A DNA stretch of 64,000 bases from an uncultured Planctomycetaceae bacterium (GTDB lineage: Bacteria; Planctomycetota; Planctomycetia; Pirellulales; PALSA-1355): NCBI GenBank assembly GCA_963785305.1, contig CAWAUV010000007.1:992001-1056000 (forward strand). Direction: 5' to 3'. The translations under genes were made by a program, and so were the position numbers. Below are positions 33,531-43,035 of the stretch, in pieces; within the stretch, counting starts at the first letter, position 1; each line of letters opens with the position of its first letter. Below the pieces are notes generated by a model. The model saw nothing but the letters and a program-made list of their open reading frames with translations, was not told the origin of the DNA and searched no databases.

Positions 33531-34115
33531 TTACGGCGCCGGATTCGCCTTTTTCAATTTCTCGGCCGAGGCTAGGGTTTCCTCGGGCTTGGCCTTGGCG
33601 TCTTGCTCGCAGCCACTGCAACAGAGAAACACGCCCTGGCCTTCGAGCGAAACTTTCACCGGCGGGCCCATGCTACCTAGCCGATTCTCGGTGTTCACGG
33701 CGCAAAAGCGCTGACGCTCGGCGGCGGTTCGATCCTCGGGCGAGAGCTTGGCAAGCGCCTCGTTGATTTCGATCAGCTCCGCGGCCTTTTTCAAGGTCGC
33801 TTTTTCATCCTTGTGCGCGGTCGCCTCGCAGCCTTTGCAGCACAAAAACACCGGCTTGCCCTCGATCGTGAGCTTCACCGGGGCGTCCATCGCGCCCAAG
33901 AGATTGTCTTGTTCGACGACGCACCACCGCTGCCGCTGGGCCAGAGCGCGATCCTCGGGCGAGAGTTTGGCCAGCCCGGCGGCGGCCGCTTCGGCAGCGC
34001 TATCCATGGGCGCCGAGGCCGAATCGCTTTTCGATCCCGAGCTCGAAGAACAGCCCACGATGGCTACCGCCGCCACGCTCACAAGGCCCAGAAGACCAAA
34101 TCCAAGATATTTCAT
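33531..34115 (-). CDS. Lipoprotein with two YHS/TRASH-like metal-binding domains
   Basis: Lipobox IVGC, then two copies of LSPEDR...C...LG(S/A)M...VFLCCxGC. Confidence 0.85.
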   Translation of the reverse strand: MKYLGFGLLGLVSVAAVAIVGCSSSSGSKSDSASAPMDSAAEAAAAGLAKLSPEDRALAQRQRWCVVEQDNLLGAMDAPVKLTIEGKPVFLCCKGCEATAHKDEKATLKKAAELIEINEALAKLSPEDRTAAERQRFCAVNTENRLGSMGPPVKVSLEGQGVFLCCSGCEQDAKAKPEETLASAEKLKKANPAP

Positions 34116-34173
34116 TGTTGTCCTCGATTCGAAAAAACAGAGTTACGTTTCGTGTGATTGCAATGCCGGCGAT

Positions 34174-36043
34174 TTACTTTCGGTCTCCGGGCGACGCCTT
34201 GTCTTGCATGTCTCCGCCCTTTTTCGCCGCTTCCTCGGCGGCGTGTTCGCGCAGCGACTTGGCCTTGGCGACCGTGGCGGCGCCCTTGGCCACGGCGGCT
34301 TGCTTGCAGCCTTCGCAGCACACGAACACCGGCTCGCCCAGGATCATCAGCTTGATCGGCTCGCCCATCGAGCCCAGCTTGTTGTCGGGCAGGATCGGGC
34401 AAAACTGCTGCGCGGCCACCAGGGTCCGATCCTCGGGCGAGAGTTTGTCGAGCGCTGCCTTGAGTTTGGTGTTTTGGTCCTCGGGCGTCGAGGGCCGAAC
34501 ATGGGCCGCGTGGGCCGATGCCTTGGTCTCGCCGCCGCCGAAATAGATCGACCCCATGGCCGGGTTGAGTCGCGTTTCGGCGTCGACCAGAAATGCCCCC
34601 GAGCCCACCACGCGTTCGCCCGCCGCGAGCCCCGAGAGCACCGGAAACCAAGCCGATTCATGCGGCCCGGTCATGCGCGGGCCCAGCTTCACGAGCACTC
34701 CCTCGAACACGCCCGGAGTGGTCTCGCGATACACGATCGTTTGCGTTCCGGTGTCGATCACCGCAGCTTCGGGCACGGCGAGCACTCGGCCCTGGTCGAG
34801 CATTTGCGACACGATGCCGCCCGACTCGGCCAAGCGGCGAAACATGGCCAGCTTGCGAACCGGCACATTGATCGAGACCGTGGCGGTGCTGCCCGGGCGA
34901 AGCTTATGGCCCGGGTTTTCGAGTTCGAATCGCACGCTCACGGTTCGGGTGTCTTGATCCACATGCGGATAGATAAAGGCCAGCGTGCCATGAAACGGTT
35001 CGCCGGCAAAGGCCCGCGTCGTGGCCACGATCGGCAATCGCTCGCTCTCGGGAAGCGGTTCGTGCGACTGCTGATCGGCCGGAAGGAATTCGAGATCGTC
35101 TTCATACACTTGGGCCTGAATCCAGACCGTCGACAGGTCGGCGATATCGTAGAGCGGCGAGCCTTCTTGCACATATTGGCCTTCGCGCACATATTTCTTG
35201 ATCACATGTCCGGAGATCGGCGAATGAATCGTAAGCTCGATATTCGGCTTGCCGCGCGTGAGCATGGCGTCGATCTGCTCCGAATCGATGCCGAGCAGCT
35301 CGAGTCGACGCGTGGCGCTCGCCAAGTCGGCGCTCGAATGCGCGCGGCGAGCGTCGAGCAGGTTTTGCTCCGTCACCACGAGCTCGGGACTGTACAGCAG
35401 CGCCAGGGCATCGCCGCGAGCGACCATCTGGCCGGTTTCGTCGACAAAGAGCTTGTCGATCCGCGCTTACGCGGGCCGCCACCGTGCGCTGGCCGCGTTC
35501 GTTGAATTCCACATAGCCGATGGCATCGATCTGCTTGGTAAGCTCCTGGTAATCGACCGGCACGGTCTCGACGCCGGCGAGCACCACGCGATAGGGCGAG
35601 AGCTGCACCCGATTCACCACTCCGGCCGGCAGGGCGATGTCGCTTTGCTCGCCCTTCTTGCGCCTCGAGAGCGGCATGAAGCAGATCGGGCATTTGTCGC
35701 GTGGATTGTCTCGCACCACCGTGGGATGCATTGGGCAGAACCACTCGACATCGCTCGCCGTGGCTCGCTCGACCGTTTCGGGACGCGCGAATCGATCGTA
35801 ATACGCGGCGAGCGTGTCCCACTGCGTGATCACCAAGCCGATCACGGCCAACACGCCGATAAACCGCAGCCGCGCCAGCTTGACGAGAATAATGAAATCG
35901 AACCACCACCAAGCCTTGCGCCAGCCAGTGAGCCCCGGCGGAGCGCGAAGGCCGCCTTCGTCGCCCTCGAGACTCGCGCCTGCCTCGCGAGGTTTCTTCG
36001 CCGGCGTTGGGTCCGACGCCGGGGTATTTTCCTTGATTGTCAT
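34174..36043 (-). CDS. CusB-like efflux RND periplasmic adaptor with heavy-metal-binding domain and C-terminal CCxGC domain (indel near 35468)
   Basis: WFCPMHP...KCPICFMPL, LYSPEL, IADLSTVW, IYPHVDQDTRTV, GAFLVDAE and VFVCCEGC motifs. Confidence 0.9.
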
Positions 36044-36137
36044 GCGTGAGAATCTCCTCTCGAAGGCGAGACGATGCTCGCCTAACACGGCGGTGTTGAT
36101 GACGCGCCGCCAATCGGACTCGCGACTCGCGAGCCGA

Positions 36138-36659
36138 TCAATAGGTTTTGGCTTCGAGCCCGACTTTAGCCAGCGCGCCGATCAATTCACCGATGGTCGC
36201 CTTGCCTTCGCTGGTGAACTGCACGGAAATAGCGTGCTGTCCCGTAAATGGGCTCACTTGGGCCACGCCAGGTAGCTTGGCGAGCGCCGCGCGGACGCTG
36301 GCCGCCGAGGCTTCGTCCTTGAGGCCGGGCACACTGAGCGATAACCAGCTTCCATAGTGCATGCCGGCGCCCATCATATGCGGCGTGGCGGCGATGGCCT
36401 CCGCGATTTGCTGGGCGGAGACGCGCTGTTCATCGAAATCGATCTTCGCGCTTTTGGTCGCGTAGTCGACTTTCGCCGAACGCACGCCCTCGAGTTTCCG
36501 GAGCGACGATTCGACTGTTCGCGAGCAGGGAGGGCAATGCAAGCCCGTGATGGAAAAAGTGGCTCGGGTAGCCGCCGAGGCTTGCCGTGCATCGGCGGCT
36601 TGCGCCGTTGAACTGGCCACGGCGGCGAACCCCACGCAGAAAAATGCAATACGCATCAT
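36138..36659 (-). CDS. Secreted double-HMA-domain metal-binding protein
   Basis: Signal peptide, HMA1 GLHCPPC, linker HMMGAGMH, and a second ferredoxin-like repeat lacking cysteines. Confidence 0.88.
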   Translation of the reverse strand: MMRIAFFCVGFAAVASSTAQAADARQASAATRATFSITGLHCPPCSRTVESSLRKLEGVRSAKVDYATKSAKIDFDEQRVSAQQIAEAIAATPHMMGAGMHYGSWLSLSVPGLKDEASAASVRAALAKLPGVAQVSPFTGQHAISVQFTSEGKATIGELIGALAKVGLEAKTY

Positions 36660-36803
36660 GGTTCAAACTCCCCGTCAGGGCATCGTGTTTGGGCAAAATG
36701 GCGCGCGGACAATGCAAATCGACCCTCGCGATCTCATCCGCGCTCAAACGGCGTTGAACACTCTGGCTCGCGACGGAAAACAGCGCGGCGCACGCGCGAC
36801 ATG

Positions 36804-36850
36804 CAACACGAGCGCGGCCAACACGAGCGCGGCCAACACGAGCGCGGCCA
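36804..36850. repeat. 15-bp tandem repeat, three copies
   Basis: CAACACGAGCGCGGC three times. Confidence 0.92.
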
Positions 36851-36870
36851 GAGAGCCGCTCGCCCGATGG

Positions 36871-37292
36871 TCAGGTCTGGATGCGCACCCGCTGCAGTTG
36901 CAGGGTGGAGTGCGGCGCGCAACGGCCGCCGCGAGCTCTTCGGCGCGGCGCGCTGCGGCGGCGCACCGAGCGGCGAGCGATATCGGCGATTCGGCGAACA
37001 GGCTAACGACCTGTTCCAGGTCGTGCCCTCGGCGCGGGCTCGAAGAGGCCGGCGGCGCCACCGGCCGCGACGTTTGCCCGCAACAGGCCATGCCGCAGCG
37101 CTTGCCATCGCATGCGTTGCCGCGGCAGCACTTGCGCGGGCTCGTTGCGTTTCTTGCCGCTTGGCGGCATGGCGCCGTGCGTGACACGCCGGAAGCAGAA
37201 TTCTCAAAGGCAACGCCCGAGCAGGGGCACGCGCCGGCCAGAGTCAAGCCGATGACAAGCATCGGAACAAGCAGAACTCGCGGCATGTTCAT
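36871..37292 (-). CDS. Small secreted Cys-rich protein heading the metal locus (probable indel near 36915)
   Basis: Hydrophobic N-terminus and CPC, CC, CDGKRC and CC clusters. A plausible shifted C-terminus STLQLQRVRIQT* ends at 36871. Confidence 0.55.
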
Positions 37293-37507
37293 AATATTGC
37301 TCGGCCCTGAAAGAAGCTCCCAGCACATTGTCGCCCTGCCCGGCCGGAAAATCAAGCGCGATCCGCGCCGCCCGAAGAGTTCGCAACGCGTCGCGCGAGC
37401 GGGCACGCGACATGGTACGATGGTTCGCGAGCTTGGCTCCCCGCGTGGAAATCGGCGGGCCGTGATCGCTTTCCCGAACGTGCGAAGCAATTAGCGAGCG
37501 CTCTCTA

Positions 37508-39031
37508 ATGTCGACTCCCCTGGTGCGTGTCTCGAACGTGACCAAGCGGTATCCCGGCGTCGTGGCGCTCGACGATGTTTCGTTTGATGTCCGCTCGGGC
37601 GATTTTCACGCGATCGTCGGGGAAAATGGCGCCGGCAAAAGCACGCTCATGAAAATCCTCTCCGGCGTGACTCCCGACTACGAGGGCACGATCGAGCTCC
37701 GCGGCGAGCCGGCGCGTTTCTCCGGCACGCGCGACGCCGAACGCGCCGGCGTCAGCATCATTCATCAGGAACTGAATCTCGTCGAGCAAATTTCCGCCGC
37801 CGCCAATATCTTTCTCGGCCGCGAAATCCGCAATCGCTTCGGCCTGCTCGATGAACGCGCCATGCGCAACGCCGCTCGCGAGCTCTTCGAGCAACTCGAA
37901 TGCCGGGTGCGGCCCGAGCAGCCGGTGTCGTCGCTTCGCGTGGGCGATCAGCAGTTGGTCGAGATCGCCAAGGCGCTTTCGCTACGGAGCGACATTCTCA
38001 TCATGGACGAGCCCACGAGCGCGCTGACCGAAAGCGAAGTCGAGCGACTGTTTCGCGTGATCGATCGCTTGCGCGCTCGCGGGGTGACGATTCTTTACAT
38101 CTCGCACAAAATGGATGAAGTGTTTTCCAATGCCCAGCGAATCACGGTGCTGCGCGACGGCCGCCATGTGCAAACGGTCGATCGCGCCGCAGTGACTCCG
38201 CGCGACATTACCCACGCCATGGTCGGCCGCGAAATCGAGGAGTCGCGGCCACGCGCCCCGCGCGAACCGGGCCCGGTGGTGCTCGAAGTCGCGGGGCTTT
38301 CGCTGCCCTGGCCGGGCCACGCGCGGGCCTATCGATTGGAGAACATCGGCTTCCAGCTTCGCGCGGGCGAAATCTTGGGCATCGCCGGCCTGATGGGCGC
38401 GGGCCGCACCGAGCTGCTCGAATGCCTGTTCGGCGCGTCGCATGAAGCGCCCACCGGGCGGATCGTGCTCGATGGCCGCGAGGTCCATTTTCGCCACCCG
38501 GCCGAGGCCCGCGCCGCCGGCGTCGGCCTCGTGACCGAGGATCGCAAGCGGCTGGGCATCTATCCGCGGATGAATGTATGCGACAATATCAACATGTGTA
38601 CGCTCGGCGAAGCCGCCACGGCTGGGCTCGTGAGCCCGAAGCGCGAAACGGCCCGCGCCGAGGAGATCGTGCGCCGCTTGGGCGTGAAGACGGCCGGGGT
38701 GGGCGCGGCGATCACTTCGCTCAGCGGCGGCAATCAGCAGAAGGCGATCATCGGCCGCTGGCTGCTCACGAACCCGCGCGTGCTGCTGCTCGATGATCCG
38801 ACGCGCGGGATCGATGTGGGCGCCAAGGCCGAACTTTATCGGCTCATGGATGAGCTCTGCCGCGCGGGTCTGGCGATCATCGTCACCAGCAGCGAGCTCC
38901 CGGAACTGCTCACGGTGAGCGATCGCATTCTCGTGCTGTGCGAAGGACGAAAGACGGCCGAATTCACGCGCTCCGAAGCCACCGAGCAGCGGATCATGGA
39001 GGCCGCCACGCTGGAAACGAACGCCGCCTGA
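37508..39031 (+). CDS. Sugar ABC transporter ATP-binding protein (RbsA/MglA-like, double NBD)
   Basis: GENGAGKST, IHQELNL, MDEPT, LSGGNQQK and PTRGIDVGAK motifs. Confidence 0.95.
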   Translation: MSTPLVRVSNVTKRYPGVVALDDVSFDVRSGDFHAIVGENGAGKSTLMKILSGVTPDYEGTIELRGEPARFSGTRDAERAGVSIIHQELNLVEQISAAANIFLGREIRNRFGLLDERAMRNAARELFEQLECRVRPEQPVSSLRVGDQQLVEIAKALSLRSDILIMDEPTSALTESEVERLFRVIDRLRARGVTILYISHKMDEVFSNAQRITVLRDGRHVQTVDRAAVTPRDITHAMVGREIEESRPRAPREPGPVVLEVAGLSLPWPGHARAYRLENIGFQLRAGEILGIAGLMGAGRTELLECLFGASHEAPTGRIVLDGREVHFRHPAEARAAGVGLVTEDRKRLGIYPRMNVCDNINMCTLGEAATAGLVSPKRETARAEEIVRRLGVKTAGVGAAITSLSGGNQQKAIIGRWLLTNPRVLLLDDPTRGIDVGAKAELYRLMDELCRAGLAIIVTSSELPELLTVSDRILVLCEGRKTAEFTRSEATEQRIMEAATLETNAA

Positions 39032-39317
39032 GCGGGCGCCGAATGGACCGCGCTAAAAACCGCGAGCCTCCTTCGCGGGCGCTCCGGGCACGCGGCGCCG
39101 GCAGTCGTCGCAATCGTCATAGCCGGCCCAATGGTCGCGCGAGGAAACCGATAAGCGTTGCCCGGCAAGCTGTTTTCCGGCGGCGGTTGCTCTCTGGCCG
39201 CCGGAGTTTAATCTAAAGGAAGGCGATTTTCGCGGTCATCGGCCGCCATCGCCCGCACTTCTCTTCCTGGTGTCTTTCCATCTATCTGCCAGCGCGGCGG
39301 GAACCGAGCGAGTTTCA

Positions 39318-40026
39318 ATGGCCGAAATTTTTTGGTACTACGCTCGCGACGACCAGCAATTTGGTCCCGTCACCTCGGTCGAGCTCAAGCGGCTTGCGAG
39401 CGCGAGCGAGCTCTCGCCGGACGATCTGGTGTGGAAAGAAGGCATGGACGAATGGGCCGCGGCCTCGAAGGTCAAAGGCCTGTTTCCGGCCCGCGATCCC
39501 GCGCGCAGGAGGCCGAAGCTCCGTCCGCGCGCGTCGCGGCGGCGGAAGGCGCGGCGCTGGCGCCGGAGGCAGCCCAGCCAATGTGGCGGCCACGATCGTC
39601 GCTCCCATGAGTGAAATGCCGAGCGGGGCCCAGGCGATGTCGCTCGCCGCGCCTCCGGCCGCTCCGCCGCCCACGGGCCCGCCCTTGGCCGGTTCGGCGC
39701 CGCCGGCGGCGCCAGGTTTCGCGCCGCCACAAGGCGCCGGCGGCTCCTCGGCCACGGCGCGACCTCCGGGTGAAAGCGCGCTCACTCCCAACCTGCGCAC
39801 CGCGATCATGGCGGCGCAAGGGATTTTGTGGGCAACCTGCGTGATGGTGATTATCCTGGGGGGCGTCTTGTTCATGATCACGATGCTCGGCGCCAAGACC
39901 AAGGCCGAGCAAGCCGATTCCGCCCAGGTGTCGGCGGCGCTGTTTATTGGCGCCTACGCGCTGGCCCGGGCCGGCGAACGCGCTTGCTTGCTGCTCGAAA
40001 GCCACCTGTCTCGCCGGCGGCGATAG
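39318..40026 (+). CDS. GYF_2 (DUF4339) domain membrane protein (indel near 39510)
   Basis: WYYARDDQQFGPV...DLVWKEGMDEW, a Pro/Ala linker and two C-terminal TM segments. Confidence 0.85.
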
Positions 40027-40075
40027 AGGGGCCATCATTCGCCCTTGGCAACCATCGACGGAGAATTCGCCGAAT

Positions 40076-41014
40076 ATGCACGCTCTTCGCTCGATCAGGC
40101 CGCTCGTGGTCATGGCCGCTAGCCTTGCGTCGGTTCTTTGCATGCCGAACCTTTGTGCGAGGGCGCTTGGCCGCGATATCTTCGTGAACAACATCACCGG
40201 CAGCGACCTCGCCCTGGGCGTGGAGCCCGTGGCTGGGTTTCCGATTCGCGGGCCGGTCAGAACCCTTGCTCGGGCGCTGTGGCTTGTCGAGCCGGGCGAT
40301 CGGGTGTCGCTGGCCGATACGGGCGAGCCTTATCGAGAAAGCGTCGCGCTCGAGGGCACGCGATTCAGCGGCGCTCCCGGCGAGGCGTTTGTCCTCTCGG
40401 GCGGCGGCGCGGTGCTGAGCGGTGATCGGCCCACGCCCGACGCGGCTTGGAAGTTCGTCGATGGCATCGTGTTTCGCTATCGACCGATGCGGCTTGGCTA
40501 TCAGCAACTCTTTTCGCATGGGCGCCCGCTGCCGCGCCGGCCGATCGTTTCTCCCCTGGGCTCGCGGCCGGAGCTCAAGCCGCTCGAGTGGTGTCTCGAT
40601 GGCGGTTACATCTATCTGGCGGTCGAGCCGGGCCATGTGCCGCAAGACTATGCGCTGAGCGTGTGCGATCTACCGACCGGCGTTTTGATCAATCAGGCGC
40701 GACGCGTGGTGATCGAGAATCTCACGATCCAGGGCTTTCAGCTCGATGGCGTCAATGCCCACGACGGCGCGATCCGGGTCGAATTGCGCGGGCTGACGGT
40801 GCGCGGCAATGGGCGCTCCGGCGCCCGGGTGGCTGGTTCGTCGCGCGTCGAGCTTGTCGATTGCGTCGTGGGAGACAATGGCGCGGCGCAGTTGCTGGTC
40901 AATGGCTATTCGCGGGCCGAGGCTTTTCGCTGTGAGCTGATTCCCAACACGGCGCCGGCTTTCGTCGAGCGGGGCGGGCTCCTCTGGATCGATGGCCGCC
41001 GGGCGAGCGAGTGA
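40076..41014 (+). CDS. Secreted right-handed parallel beta-helix protein
   Basis: DIFVNNITGSD, GPVRTLARAL, PYRE and FQLDGVNAHD motifs plus repeated GNG/DNG turns. Confidence 0.8.
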   Translation: MHALRSIRPLVVMAASLASVLCMPNLCARALGRDIFVNNITGSDLALGVEPVAGFPIRGPVRTLARALWLVEPGDRVSLADTGEPYRESVALEGTRFSGAPGEAFVLSGGGAVLSGDRPTPDAAWKFVDGIVFRYRPMRLGYQQLFSHGRPLPRRPIVSPLGSRPELKPLEWCLDGGYIYLAVEPGHVPQDYALSVCDLPTGVLINQARRVVIENLTIQGFQLDGVNAHDGAIRVELRGLTVRGNGRSGARVAGSSRVELVDCVVGDNGAAQLLVNGYSRAEAFRCELIPNTAPAFVERGGLLWIDGRRASE

Positions 41015-41422
41015 TTTCGCCGAGCTTCGCAATCGGCGCAAGTGCTTGGGGCGCCGAATTCTCCAGCGCGCTGCTATTCGGCGCTCGCCGTAGTTCCTAT
41101 AATCTCGGTTTGGTTTCGGCCGCCGCGGCTTGCCACGAATCTGGGAGCCGGCGCCGGCGAAAACGACCGTGGCGATCGAACAATCTGCCCGCCCGCGAGC
41201 GGGCCGTTTTCGTTGACACGCTTTTGAGTCGAGGCTTCGCCGATCACGACTCGAAACGCAAGTGAGGGCAGGTCCGCCGGGCGCTCGCTGGCGCTTCGCG
41301 TTGAGAACGGCGAGCAAACGAGCCTTGCCAATCACTCCGAAAACTCAGTGAGGGCCGGGTAGTTATTTAATTTCAGCTCCTATCGCGGGAGCTAGCGCGA
41401 TTTCGAGCTTGAGGATGGAAAT

Positions 41423-43007
41423 ATGAAGTCGACGGCCGTGGCGACGGGACCCGAGACCGGATCGGTGGCCGATGAAAAAGTGCTGATTCTCGACTTCGGC
41501 TCGCAATATGCCCAGCTCATTGCCCGCCGGGTGCGCGAGCAGCAAGTCTACTGCGAGATCGTGCGGCACAATATCTCGGCCGAGCGCATCCGTGAAATCG
41601 CGCCCCGCGGCCTGATCCTCTCTGGCGGGCCGGCCAGTGTCTACGACGAGGGCGCGCCGAAGTGCGACCCCGCCCTGTTCCATCTTGGCGTGCCGGTGCT
41701 CGGCATCTGCTACGGAATGCAAATGGCCTGCGACTGCGCTCGGCGGCCAAGTCACCAGCGCCAAGGCCCGGGAATATGGCCGGGCCAAGGTCTCGATCTC
41801 GGGCCGCGACGATCTGCTGGCGGGCTTACCCACGGAAACCGAAGTGTGGATGAGCCACGGCGATCAGGTCACGGCCACGAGCGCCGACTTCGTTTCGCTT
41901 GCCTCGACCAGCACGTGTCCCCATGCCGCCGTGCGGCATCGCACCCTGCCGATCTATGGCCTCCAGTTTCATCCCGAAGTGACGCACACTCCCTTGGGCG
42001 GCAGGGTGCTCGCCAATTTTCTCAACCGCATTTGCGGCTGCAACGGCCGCTGGCGCCTGGCCGACTTCGCCGAGCAGGCAATCGACACGATTCGTGCTCG
42101 CGTGGGCGGCGACCGCGTGATCTGCGGACTCTCGGGCGGAGTCGATTCGTCGGTCGTGGCGGCGCTGCTTTATCGGGCCATCGGTCCGCAACTCTCGTGT
42201 ATTTTGGTCGACAACGGGCTCTTGCGCAAGGCGGAAGAAGCGAGCGTGATCGAGCAGTTCACGAATCACTTTCGCGCCGATCTGCATGTGGTGAAAGGCG
42301 AGCAGCGCTTTCTCGATGCGCTCGCCGGAGTGACCGACCCGCAAGAGAAGCGGAAGCGCATCGGCCGAGCATTTATCGAGTGTTTCGCCGATGAAGCGTC
42401 GAAGATCAAGGGGGCCCGTTTCCTCGCCCAGGGCACGCTCTATCCCGACGTGATCGAAAGCGGCGCCGCCGCCGATGGCCCCGCCGCCACGATCAAACTG
42501 CATCACAATGTCGGCGGATTGCCCGACGATTTGTGCTTTGAACTGATCGAGCCCTTGCGCGATCTGTTCAAGGACGAAGTGCGGCGTCTGGGCTTACAGC
42601 TTGGGCTGCCCGAGGACATCGTGTGGCGACATCCGTTCCCCGGCCCCGGATTGGCGGTGCGCTGCCTGGGCGAGGTGACCCGGCGCCGGCTCGAAGCGCT
42701 GCGCGAGGCCGACGCGATCGTGGTGCATGAGATCAAGGCTGCCGGTCTGTACCGCAAAACGGCCCAAGTGTTCGCGGTGCTCTTGCCGGTGCAGAGCGTG
42801 GGCGTGATGGGCGACTCGCGCACGTATGAAGACACGGTGGCGGTGCGGGCCGTGAATACCGATGACTTCATGACCGCCGACTGGAGCCACTTGCCCTACG
42901 ATCTGTTGGCCCGTGTCTCGACCCGGATCATCAACGAGGTCCAGGGCGTGAACCGCGTGGTCTACGATATCAGCTCGAAGCCGCCCGCCACGATCGAGTG
43001 GGAATAA
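41423..43007 (+). CDS. guaA: GMP synthase, glutamine-hydrolysing (indel near 41735)
   Basis: [53 protein letters not shown] and KPPATIEWE motifs. Confidence 0.97.
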
Positions 43008-43035
43008 TCGCCCCCGCGAGACCGATTCCCGCTCG

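Noticed and set aside
36804..36850. Tandem repeats here and at 9585 and 11696 as CRISPR arrays
   Set aside because: There are no unique spacers, too few copies and no cas genes.
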